From the NCBI GenBank assembly GCA_030668875.1, contig DAOVER010000005.1, positions 60,001-92,000 of the forward strand: DNA of 32,000 bases, read 5' to 3'. The first letter of the stretch is position 1, and each line of letters starts with the position of its first letter. This document shows positions 9,124-16,867 of the stretch, piece after piece. The DNA is from Candidatus Heimdallarchaeota archaeon (GTDB lineage: Archaea > Asgardarchaeota > Heimdallarchaeia > Heimdallarchaeales > Heimdallarchaeaceae). The notes beneath the pieces were generated by a model. It was not told the DNA's origin, did not search any database, and saw only the letters and a list, made by a program, of their open reading frames with translations. A program made the position numbers and the translations under genes.

Positions 9124-9834
9124 TCATTTGTTTGTCTTAGATTGAGGTTTGTTCTTTGCAAGTTGTTCTTTTTTAGAAACAGTTGCTGTCTTTAAAGGTT
9201 CAATTTTTTTGCTCTTTTTCTTTGTATGAGTTGCTCCAGAGGGAGTTGCTCCAAATATTCTACTAAGCAATGAACCAAAAGCAAAAGATACCATAAAATA
9301 CCAGAGAGTAAAAGGCGCTTTTGAGTATCCATGATATTTTAGGGGTAAAGTTGTATCCACTACACCAGATGGGTATGATATACCAGATACTTGGAACCAT
9401 GGATTTCCTATCCAGGGAAAATCACCCAGATTAAAGGGTAACCATGCATAGTTATGATCAGTTGTAAAAGCGGTTCTAAGTATAGCAAATAAAATCAAGA
9501 AGGGAATGGTTGTGATAAGCATTGGTTTCATTCTTTTGAACATCATGGAGGATTGTAATTTCTTTACTCTTTCTTCATCTCTTTTGACACTCAACCATAA
9601 TTTCTTATCAGCGGTTTGCATTGCTGTTTTTCTCTTTTGATTCCAATCGTTAACTTTCTGCATACTTTCTTTTAATGCATCAGTATCAAGTATCAATCGA
9701 GTAGCCAGTGTAGATATGCTTGCAAGCATGATTGAAGTTAGGGCTATAAATAGTGCAGAGTTAGGAAGTTGATTCCATCCCATACTAGTTATCCATTCTG
9801 CAATTCCTGTAAACCATGGGTCCCAAAATGCCAT
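9124..9834 (-). CDS. DUF106 / EMC3-TMCO1 (Oxa1 superfamily) membrane insertase
   Basis: TM1, a coiled coil ('LKESMQKVNDWNQKRKTAM...KKLQSSMMFKRMKPMLITTIPF'), and 'WYFMVSFAF' in the last TM. Canonical position upstream of eL34. ATG at 9834 follows a GAAGTGA RBS-like sequence. Confidence 0.88.
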   Translation of the reverse strand: MAFWDPWFTGIAEWITSMGWNQLPNSALFIALTSIMLASISTLATRLILDTDALKESMQKVNDWNQKRKTAMQTADKKLWLSVKRDEERVKKLQSSMMFKRMKPMLITTIPFLILFAILRTAFTTDHNYAWLPFNLGDFPWIGNPWFQVSGISYPSGVVDTTLPLKYHGYSKAPFTLWYFMVSFAFGSLLSRIFGATPSGATHTKKKSKKIEPLKTATVSKKEQLAKNKPQSKTNK

Positions 9835-9876
9835 ATAAATCACTTCTTTTGCTTACTTACTCCACAAATAACTCAC

Positions 9877-9890
9877 TTTTAAAAGCTTTT
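9877..9890 (-). promoter_or_regulatory. BRE-TATA candidate for the DUF106-eL34-cmk-eL14-cbf5 unit
   Basis: AAAAGC-TTTTAAAA about 43 nt upstream of the DUF106 ATG. Confidence 0.5.
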
Positions 9891-9919
9891 GTAACTAGAG
9901 TTTTTAATAATCTAATTCT

Positions 9920-10720
9920 TTAGATGTTGGGGAGAGAATCTTTTTTCAGTAAAACAAAGAAGTTATCTTTTCCACCTTTCCCACCGCATATTGAGAGATC
10001 AATTATGTTCAGATTAGTTTTCTCTAATATAGAAACAAGTTCTCTTTTGGTGAAAAGATGGTAAAATCTCTTTGCAATGATATTTCTATTTTCATCGCGC
10101 CAGGGGAGATAAATATCACCATGTCGCCAATCCTTATTTTTCAATTTCATAATAGGGTAGATTAAGAAATCGCCAATCAATTTTTTTCTAGTATCTGGCT
10201 TCCATCTTCTCCAGCAAGATAAAATAAGATATCCATCTTCTTTTAGCAAGGTTGACAGATGTTTAAGACATGAAACTGTTTCTTCCTTCACTCGTAGATG
10301 ATGTATAGTCGCAATAGATAAAACTAAGTTGGCAAAATTGCTACGCAAACTTAAAGATTTCATATCGTTATTTATTGTGAAATGATTCCCTGCTTGAATA
10401 TCAACTGAAGCTTGTAATAATTCTAAGGATATATCAGTGGCAATGAATTGTAAACTAGAACTATCAAAATGAAGAAGGTTTCTGCTGTTACCTGCACCAA
10501 TATCAACAAGGATACCTGAGGAAGGCAAAGAATGTATTTTGGAAATCTTATTCATGTACGTTTGAAAATCTTTCCAAGGCTTTCTTTTTACTCGTGCATA
10601 CTTTGGAGAGATTTTCTTATAAGCTTCTATTAGCTCCTTATCACTATTCTTGTTACTAGTAAACAATGCATAGAATTTAGATATACAAAGTATATCAATT
10701 TTCTTCTTATTTCTGAACAT
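9920..10720 (-). CDS. Class I SAM-dependent methyltransferase, Trm9/ALKBH8-like
   Basis: 'AYKKISPKYARVKRKPW', 'DIGAGNSRN', 'SIATIHHL', 'LILSCW', 'DIYLPW', 'RFYHLF..REL' parallel the Trm9/ALKBH8 motif order. Exact start uncertain. Confidence 0.78.
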   Translation of the reverse strand: MFRNKKKIDILCISKFYALFTSNKNSDKELIEAYKKISPKYARVKRKPWKDFQTYMNKISKIHSLPSSGILVDIGAGNSRNLLHFDSSSLQFIATDISLELLQASVDIQAGNHFTINNDMKSLSLRSNFANLVLSIATIHHLRVKEETVSCLKHLSTLLKEDGYLILSCWRRWKPDTRKKLIGDFLIYPIMKLKNKDWRHGDIYLPWRDENRNIIAKRFYHLFTKRELVSILEKTNLNIIDLSICGGKGGKDNFFVLLKKDSLPNI

Positions 10721-10756
10721 TAAACAATGATTTTTATACTCTATAAAAAATCAAAA

Positions 10757-10782
10757 TTTGTGTTTATGTTTGTGTTTATGTT
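10757..10782. repeat. Tandem 12-nt direct repeat in the divergent promoter region
   Basis: TTTGTGTTTATG twice (10757-10768, 10769-10780), followed by TT. Confidence 0.7.
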
Positions 10783-10787
10783 GAAGG

Positions 10788-10805
10788 CAAAAATGCTTAT
10801 AAATA
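10788..10805 (+). promoter_or_regulatory. BRE-TATA candidate for secY
   Basis: CAAAAA-TG-CTTATAAATA about 40 nt upstream of the ATG at 10846. Confidence 0.45.
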
Positions 10806-10845
10806 GAAGCACACCTATCACATTAAAGCCACACCGGTGAATTAC

Positions 10846-12291
10846 ATGGTTTCAAAGTTCTTGATGCTATTCAAACCGTTTCAACGTTTTACCTTTGAGG
10901 TAAAGAAGCCAGCAAGAAAACCTTCTTTTAAAAGAAAGTTAGCTTGGACCTTCGGAATCCTAGCCCTCTATTTAGCTATGCTAAATATTCCTATTTTCGG
11001 TATACCTGAATCAGGTGGAACCGATCCCTTCTTCGCCATGAGGGCAATATTAGCTTCACAAAGAGGAAGCTTAGCAGAATTAGGTATAGGACCTATTGTA
11101 ACTGCTGGTTTGATTATGCAGTTACTTGTGGGATCACAAATTATCAAAGTTGATTTTACTAATCCTGAAGAACGTGCTCTATACACCGGAACACAAAAAA
11201 TACTTGCTATATTGATGACCCTATTCGAAGCTTTAGCATATATTCTTGGTGGAGCTTATGGAGAGTTAGGTTTCCAAGCACAAATGATTGTATTATTGCA
11301 ATTAATTGTTGCAGGTTTTACCATTCTTCTTATGGATGAAGTTATCCAGAAAGGTTATGGACTTGGAAGCGGTATTAGTTTATTCATTGCTGCAAGTGTT
11401 TCATATACTATCTTTGATGGCATGTTCAGTTTAACGCAAGAAAGAATTGGAGGTTTTGATTGGTACAGAGGTTGCGTTCTCGCATTCTTTCAAGGTATCT
11501 TCAAAGAAAATCCAGACATACTAACACCACTCAGTAGACCTGGTAGAACCCCCGATGTAATTGGTTTACTGGCAACAATAGTTGTTTTTGCAATGGTTAT
11601 CTATGTAGACTCTATGAAAATTGAGATACCTGTCCAACACAGCCAATATAAGATGCCAGCCAGATATCCAATAAAATTCTTATATACGTCAAATATCCCT
11701 GTAATCCTTGTAAGCGCCTTATTTGCAAACATCTACTTCGTTTCAAACCTAATGCACAACTCTTGGAGTGATATAACAACGGGTTATCAAGGATTCTTGG
11801 TCGACTTTTTCGGTAGATGGGATACGATAGAAGGCACGGAACAACTAACTCCAGTTTCGGGGCTAGCAGCTTTTACAACGGCACCGTATGGACCTGAACA
11901 AATTGCGGAGCAACCGTGGCATGCCCTAGTGTATTTACTATTAATGGTTGCACTTTGTGGTATCTTCTCGCGTATTTGGATAGATACGGCTGGGATGAGT
12001 TCAAAAAATGTTGCGAAACAACTGTTAGATGCAAATATGCAAATACCTGGTTTTAGGCGTAATCCAAGGATTGTAGAAAGATATCTAGAAAGATACATTC
12101 CTACAGCAGCCTGGCTCGGAGGTTTCTTTATAGGTGTTCTAGCAGCAGTAGCGGACTTTCTGGGAGCTCTTGGTACGGGTACTGGTATTCTGTTAACAAC
12201 GGGTATTCTCCGTCAGTACTATGAAATCTTCGCTAGTGAACAAATTAGTGAAACTGTTCCAGCTTTAGCTGGAATGTTAGGAATAAAATAA
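10846..12291 (+). CDS. secY: Preprotein translocase SecY/Sec61-alpha (canonical copy)
   Basis: 'FEVKKP', plug region 'ASQRGSLAELGIGPIV', 'KGYGLGSGISLFI', 'YPIKFLYTSNIP', 'QIPGFRR', 'GTGTGILL'. The ATG at 10846 follows a GGTGA RBS. Confidence 0.97.
   Translation: MVSKFLMLFKPFQRFTFEVKKPARKPSFKRKLAWTFGILALYLAMLNIPIFGIPESGGTDPFFAMRAILASQRGSLAELGIGPIVTAGLIMQLLVGSQIIKVDFTNPEERALYTGTQKILAILMTLFEALAYILGGAYGELGFQAQMIVLLQLIVAGFTILLMDEVIQKGYGLGSGISLFIAASVSYTIFDGMFSLTQERIGGFDWYRGCVLAFFQGIFKENPDILTPLSRPGRTPDVIGLLATIVVFAMVIYVDSMKIEIPVQHSQYKMPARYPIKFLYTSNIPVILVSALFANIYFVSNLMHNSWSDITTGYQGFLVDFFGRWDTIEGTEQLTPVSGLAAFTTAPYGPEQIAEQPWHALVYLLLMVALCGIFSRIWIDTAGMSSKNVAKQLLDANMQIPGFRRNPRIVERYLERYIPTAAWLGGFFIGVLAAVADFLGALGTGTGILLTTGILRQYYEIFASEQISETVPALAGMLGIK
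11407..11544 (+). repeat. secY segment nearly identical to 17405-17542 in the paralog
   Basis: Hand alignment gives 121/138 nt identical, including the perfect 28-mer TTGGAGGTTTTGATTGGTACAGAGGTTG. Confidence 0.9.
11809..11879 (+). repeat. secY segment nearly identical to 17807-17877 in the paralog
   Basis: Hand alignment gives 65/71 nt identical, with shared GC-ending codons (ACG, GGC, TCG, GGG). Confidence 0.9.
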
Positions 12292-12331
12292 AATTCCTCC
12301 CCCTTTTTTTACTTTTATTTTAGTATCCCTA

Positions 12332-13282
12332 CTAAAGATGTAGGTCTATCACTTTGTTTGTCTCGATACTTTCGATAGATGCGAGAGCAATCTTTAAAGC
12401 TTTAAGCCCATCGACCGAAGTTACAACAGGTTGTTTATTTTCTAAACATGCTTCCGCGAAAGAATTCATTTCTCTGCTTAATGGTTCTTGCCAAGTTGAT
12501 TTTGTATTTCGTAACCACTCATCGTCTTCAATGATATATTCTTGTGTGATGTAATCAGCTTCTACTATCCCTTGCTCACAAGTAAGCATCAATTTTCTAT
12601 ATCTGTGAGGTGTTAAATAATTAGATTCAATGAAACCAGTCAACCCATTATCAAAATCAAGTAATATTTCAGCATAATCAATATAGCTATGACGTAATTT
12701 TCCTCCACGAGCATACACGGAAATAGGATCTTTTGAAGTTAAATATCTGAAAGCATCAATATCATGGATACTCACATCACGAATAACATCAACATCTTTT
12801 AACCTATCAGGCCAAAATGGGCCTAGCCTTCTTGCACTCAACAATACAAGTTCACCTAGTTCCCCACTCCCTATGAGAGTTAGTGATTTGCCAATTATTG
12901 GATTGAAACGTTCGATAAAACCTACAGACACAATAACGTTTGAGCTTTTAGCTGCATCAATAATTTTCTCTGCTTCTTCTAAGGTACTTGTCATAGGCTT
13001 CTCTATCATAACATGTTTTCCATGCTCTATAGCTTTGAGCGCTATTTCCCCGTGAGTAGAAGTAGGAGAAGCTATACTAACCGCATCTATTTCATTTAGA
13101 CTCAATAGCTCATCTAAATCTGAAAAAGCTCTAGCACGATGTATCACTGCCAACTCTTTAGCCTTTTCAAGCTGAATATCATAAATACCAATAAGGTTTG
13201 TTTTTTCCATTTCTTTAAAAGCTCTTGCGTGGTTTTTACCCCAGCTTCCTACTCCGATAACTGCCATATTGAGTTTTTTCAT
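12332..13282 (-). CDS. Gfo/Idh/MocA-family NAD(P)-dependent oxidoreductase
   Basis: 'AVIGVGSWG', 'HVMIEKP', 'VGFIERFNP', 'DVSIHDID'. Confidence 0.92.
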   Translation of the reverse strand: MKKLNMAVIGVGSWGKNHARAFKEMEKTNLIGIYDIQLEKAKELAVIHRARAFSDLDELLSLNEIDAVSIASPTSTHGEIALKAIEHGKHVMIEKPMTSTLEEAEKIIDAAKSSNVIVSVGFIERFNPIIGKSLTLIGSGELGELVLLSARRLGPFWPDRLKDVDVIRDVSIHDIDAFRYLTSKDPISVYARGGKLRHSYIDYAEILLDFDNGLTGFIESNYLTPHRYRKLMLTCEQGIVEADYITQEYIIEDDEWLRNTKSTWQEPLSREMNSFAEACLENKQPVVTSVDGLKALKIALASIESIETNKVIDLHL

Positions 13283-13384
13283 CGAATCACTACCAACTAC
13301 ATAAATTAATTTTACTCGCTTTGAGTAAACATAAGTGAATATTTAAAATTTTTTGTATGATTATTCTAAAAAATGAATTAGAGT

Positions 13385-13404
13385 AAATAAAAAGAAAAGA
13401 AAAA
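13385..13404 (-). terminator. Oligo-T terminator candidate after uL15
   Basis: Minus-strand T-tract immediately 3' of the uL15 stop. Confidence 0.45.
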
Positions 13405-13854
13405 TTAGTTAGAGCTGCTTAGTTGAACTTTGCCACCAGCAGACTCTATTTTCTTAATTGCTCTTTTACTAGCTTCAGCAACTACAATATTCATCGCAGT
13501 GTTGACTTCGCCTTGAGCAAGAAGTTTAGTATAACCAAGCTCTGTCAAATTGACTTCGTATTTAGCACCCTTCTTTGTGACTTTTCCTTCACGTTCGAGG
13601 GTTGTGACCATTGAGTCTAAATGAGAGACATTGATTACAGTGTTGTCTTTTATGGATTCTCGAGGGCGGATGAAACCATGTTTTCCAATTGGAGGACGCA
13701 AACCTTTAATCGTTTGAATCCAGTGATGTGACTTAGGAGCAGCTTTACCTACTCCCCCGCGCATACCACTTTTTCTGTGGGTTCGTACAACTCCCCAACC
13801 ATGGGTTCTGTATCCGCGACGTTTTCCGGTTTTCTTCTTAGTTCTAACTGTCAT
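13405..13854 (-). CDS. rpl15: Ribosomal protein uL15
   Basis: 'RRGYRTHGWG...HRKSGMRGGVGKA', 'GKHGFIRP', 'KLLAQG', 'ASKRAIKKIESAGG'. ATG at 13854. Confidence 0.97.
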   Translation of the reverse strand: MTVRTKKKTGKRRGYRTHGWGVVRTHRKSGMRGGVGKAAPKSHHWIQTIKGLRPPIGKHGFIRPRESIKDNTVINVSHLDSMVTTLEREGKVTKKGAKYEVNLTELGYTKLLAQGEVNTAMNIVVAEASKRAIKKIESAGGKVQLSSSN

Positions 13855-13859
13855 TTTGA

Positions 13860-14348
13860 TCACGCCATCCTTACAATAAGCTCGTTTATAGCTGAGCCTC
13901 TATAACCTAAATCTCCGCCATCTGCAAAGCTTCTTTTAACAGATTTGTAACCTTTTCTTGCAGGATGTAATCTGAAAAATTTCTTTAGCTTAGGAACCTT
14001 TTGAATTATAGTTTCTCCTGTCATTAGAGCTTTTGAAAGTGACTTTATGGTTGGATATTCAGTATTTTCCTTAACAAACTTATCAGTCAATCTAATTTTT
14101 CCTTCAGACTCTCCTCTTTTCCTTAGGACATGTTCTAAAGCTTCTTGGTTTATTTCACCCCAAGTTACATGATCTTTTGCACGCTTTAGCATACCAAGGG
14201 TTGAAGGAGTATTAAGAAATAATGACATATAGTTTGTCTTACGAATGTTTAACATATCCAAATTTTGTTGAACCTTATAGAAGACGTTAATTCTTCCTCT
14301 AATTCTAATAACTGCCAACAATTTTAGAGTATCTTGTTTTTCACTCAT
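13860..14348 (-). CDS. rpl30: Ribosomal protein uL30
   Basis: 'AVIRIRG', 'GMLKRAKDHVTWGE', 'FRLHPARKG', 'GDLGYRG..INELIVRM'. ATG at 14348. Confidence 0.95.
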   Translation of the reverse strand: MSEKQDTLKLLAVIRIRGRINVFYKVQQNLDMLNIRKTNYMSLFLNTPSTLGMLKRAKDHVTWGEINQEALEHVLRKRGESEGKIRLTDKFVKENTEYPTIKSLSKALMTGETIIQKVPKLKKFFRLHPARKGYKSVKRSFADGGDLGYRGSAINELIVRMA

Positions 14349-14362
14349 GTTAATCACTTTCT

Positions 14363-15004
14363 TTATCTTCGTGTCCAATCGTATGGAGCCATGATTGAAT
14401 AGGTGTTTTTCAAAGCTTCAAAAGTTGCTTTTGCAAAATTTGAAGTAGTTCGTGTTTCACCAAATGTTTTGCTCCAAACATCAGATATTCCTGCTAATTC
14501 TAGAACAGTTTTAGCAGTGTTTCCAACGACTAATCCTAAACCTCTGGGTGCTGGATAAAGAATAACCTTTGTAGACCCTACCTTACCTGTTGATTTGAAA
14601 GGAACAGTGTGTGGCCCTCCACAGTTGCATTCCCACGAACCGCATCCTCTACGAACAGGTCTGATGTTCAATTTGGCATTAACCATCGCTTTCTTAATAG
14701 CTGGACCTATTTCTTTGAGTTTTGCTTCACCTACACCAACATAACCGTTTTTGTTTCCAACAACAACAGTTGCACGGAATTTACGTTTTCGACCCGCGTC
14801 TGTTTGTCTTTGAACAAGGCTTATATCAATCACATCGTCCTCTAGGGTGTCACCAAGCAGAATATCAATTATTTCAGGTTCTGCTAAAGGAAGACCTTGT
14901 TGGAATAGTTCATCGATAGTTGTAATTCTACCATCTTTTACTAATCTTCCAACACGAGTTCGAGGTTCCCATTCTTCTAAATCTAAAAACATTTTATTGC
15001 TCAT
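14363..15004 (-). CDS. rps5: Ribosomal protein uS5
   Basis: '[11 protein letters not shown]', '[13 protein letters not shown]', '[16 protein letters not shown]', 'LYPAPRGLG'. Confidence 0.98.
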   Translation of the reverse strand: MSNKMFLDLEEWEPRTRVGRLVKDGRITTIDELFQQGLPLAEPEIIDILLGDTLEDDVIDISLVQRQTDAGRKRKFRATVVVGNKNGYVGVGEAKLKEIGPAIKKAMVNAKLNIRPVRRGCGSWECNCGGPHTVPFKSTGKVGSTKVILYPAPRGLGLVVGNTAKTVLELAGISDVWSKTFGETRTTSNFAKATFEALKNTYSIMAPYDWTRR

Positions 15005-15014
15005 CTTTTATACC

Positions 15015-15662
15015 TCATTCCATTGAATCAATTTTTGATTTTGTCTCTTCAAAATACTCGGTTATCTTTTCAGGTTTCTTACTTGCTGCTAAGTATTTGG
15101 CAAAGTATCTGTTATACTTGTTTTGATCTTCTTTAGCTAAGAGTTTTGCATATGATTGAATATGATCCCCTCTAATTCTATCTTCAGAAGGCAACATAGT
15201 TTCATTGCAAGGAACATCAACACCTGCGTCAACAACGCCTTTGAGGGTTGCAAAGATTTTTGTTCCAGAGTATGCGGTGTGTGTTCCGATATCCAGAATA
15301 GCATCCTTGATTTTAGCTTTCAAAGCTCTTTTTCCAGCAAGATAGCCTGTAAGGTACGATGCAGGCAAATTGGATGTTGCGATATCCCAACCATATTTTT
15401 TGAGATCACCTGATGTTATCTGAATGTAAGTTTGATCTCCACCAATTTTTGACATAACAAATTGTATCAATACTTGTTTATTGGATGCTCTTGTTACAAC
15501 CCTTATTTTACCTGATTTCAATAATCTTTTACGCTGACCATAATCAGTTTTAAGCTCTCTTCGTCTTCTAAAAGGCACTCTATACAGAGGTCCTTGCCTT
15601 TTCATCTTTTGTTGTAATTTTCTTCTCTTCTTTGGTCCTCTTTTACTTCTTCGACTTGACAT
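15015..15662 (-). CDS. rpl18: Ribosomal protein uL18 with basic N-terminal extension
   Basis: 'GPLYRVPFRRRRELKTDY', 'NLPASYLTGYLAG', 'ILDIG', 'KGVVDAG', 'RIRGDHI'. GAGGTG RBS before the ATG at 15662. Confidence 0.96.
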   Translation of the reverse strand: MSSRRSKRGPKKRRKLQQKMKRQGPLYRVPFRRRRELKTDYGQRKRLLKSGKIRVVTRASNKQVLIQFVMSKIGGDQTYIQITSGDLKKYGWDIATSNLPASYLTGYLAGKRALKAKIKDAILDIGTHTAYSGTKIFATLKGVVDAGVDVPCNETMLPSEDRIRGDHIQSYAKLLAKEDQNKYNRYFAKYLAASKKPEKITEYFEETKSKIDSME

Positions 15663-15675
15663 AACTTAACACCTC

Positions 15676-16140
15676 TTATAATTCAGGAAGTCTCTTCTTA
15701 GAGAGACCGTGTTCGGCTATATAATTTCGGAGATATCTCACAGAACGGAATAAACCACCTTTTGACTGTAAATACAGTTTTCGGTAGGTTGTAGTATCAA
15801 TGTATCCTTCGTCCCTTAATTTCTTCAAGAACTTTCTCTGGGCACGGATTTTCCCAATCCATCTATCTTTCTTTGAAAGTCTGGAATATTTTGGACCTTT
15901 ACGGCTACCAGTACCAATTCTTTGACCTCTCCTTTTCTTTGCTGCTACAGCTCGAGCTCGTCCTCTACTAACACCTTGAATTTTCCTTTTCCTAATATCG
16001 CCATCATCAATATGACGTTTTACATCTTCTCTAGTAATAGCTAGAGAAAGATCGTATAGGCTATCAGGATCAATTTTAACTCTATTGGATCCAACTTTGA
16101 GGATTTTTGCTGCTAATCTTCTTTGTGTTTTAACGTCCAT
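15676..16140 (-). CDS. rpl19e: Ribosomal protein eL19
   Basis: 'QRRLAAKILKVG', 'AITREDV', 'GVSRGRAR', 'GSRKG', 'YRKLYLQSKGG.F'. Confidence 0.97.
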   Translation of the reverse strand: MDVKTQRRLAAKILKVGSNRVKIDPDSLYDLSLAITREDVKRHIDDGDIRKRKIQGVSRGRARAVAAKKRRGQRIGTGSRKGPKYSRLSKKDRWIGKIRAQRKFLKKLRDEGYIDTTTYRKLYLQSKGGLFRSVRYLRNYIAEHGLSKKRLPEL

Positions 16141-16155
16141 AATTCTAACCTCACA

Positions 16156-16701
16156 TTAATTTTCTGCTTTGTCAGAATCTGCTAATTCATCGAGATCAAG
16201 ATCCTCATCTAATTCGAAATCGTCTTCGAAATCGTCACCAATATCATCTTCAAGTAATTCGTATTCTTCCTCAAGCGATGTTGCGTCAAGCATATCACCA
16301 ATTTCATCTATAGTTGCAGGTGGGTTCAAAACCTTAAGTCCCAAATCAGCTGCATTGTCTAGAATCATTTGCCTCTTACGAGCACCAACGGTGTGCTTAA
16401 TCATAACTGCTTCAGTTTCTTTATCTATTTCTTCAAGTTCATAGATATTAGCAACATGAACTACTTGATAACCCGAAGGATGCAGACCTCTGACAGCTTT
16501 TGGTCCCCGGTATCCTATGCTGACCATAGCAGGATAACCTTTGCGTTTTTCTTTCATTTTATTATCAATACCCTTAGGTTTACGCCAGCTTTTTTTTACT
16601 CTCTTGTAACGCCAGCTTTCTTGCCTAACAAAGTTAGGTCTACGAGCACTGATTTCTTTACGCTTTTTTAGTAAACGTTTCTTATCGACTGTCATAGGCA
16701 C
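16156..16701 (-). CDS. rpl32e: Ribosomal protein eL32 with acidic C-terminal tail
   Basis: 'FVRQESWRYKRV..SWRKPKGIDNK', 'RGLHPSG', 'VGARKR', 'KVLNP', then about 54 extra residues. Start is GTG at 16701 or ATG at 16695. Confidence 0.96.
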   Translation of the reverse strand: MPMTVDKKRLLKKRKEISARRPNFVRQESWRYKRVKKSWRKPKGIDNKMKEKRKGYPAMVSIGYRGPKAVRGLHPSGYQVVHVANIYELEEIDKETEAVMIKHTVGARKRQMILDNAADLGLKVLNPPATIDEIGDMLDATSLEEEYELLEDDIGDDFEDDFELDEDLDLDELADSDKAEN

Positions 16702-16750
16702 TCACAGTAGAATGTTACCTTATTTTGGTTAACCTATCATCTGGCTGTAG

Positions 16751-16764
16751 TTTTTAATACTTTT
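16751..16764 (-). promoter_or_regulatory. BRE-TATA candidate for the eL32-uL15 unit
   Basis: AAAAGTATTAAAAA, identical to the 14-mer at 22465-22478 upstream of uS17. Confidence 0.6.
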
Positions 16765-16833
16765 TATTGGTAAGAAAAAATGAAGTGAAAAGTTATACTA
16801 AACACAAATTTGGGGAAAAAATTAAAAAATTTG

Positions 16834-16847
16834 CAAAGGTTTAAAAT
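16834..16847 (+). promoter_or_regulatory. BRE-TATA candidate for the secY paralog
   Basis: CAAAGG-TTTAAAAT about 21 nt upstream of the ATG at 16868, implying a short or absent leader. Confidence 0.45.
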
Positions 16848-16867
16848 GTTTTAAGAGGAAATCAATA

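Noticed and set aside
9114-9161. N-terminal extensions implied by ORF-track starts for eL34 (also uL30, uL15, UPF0148, secY)
   Set aside because: Downstream ATGs match family N-termini or RBS spacing, and the extra codons overlap neighbouring genes or RBS sequences.
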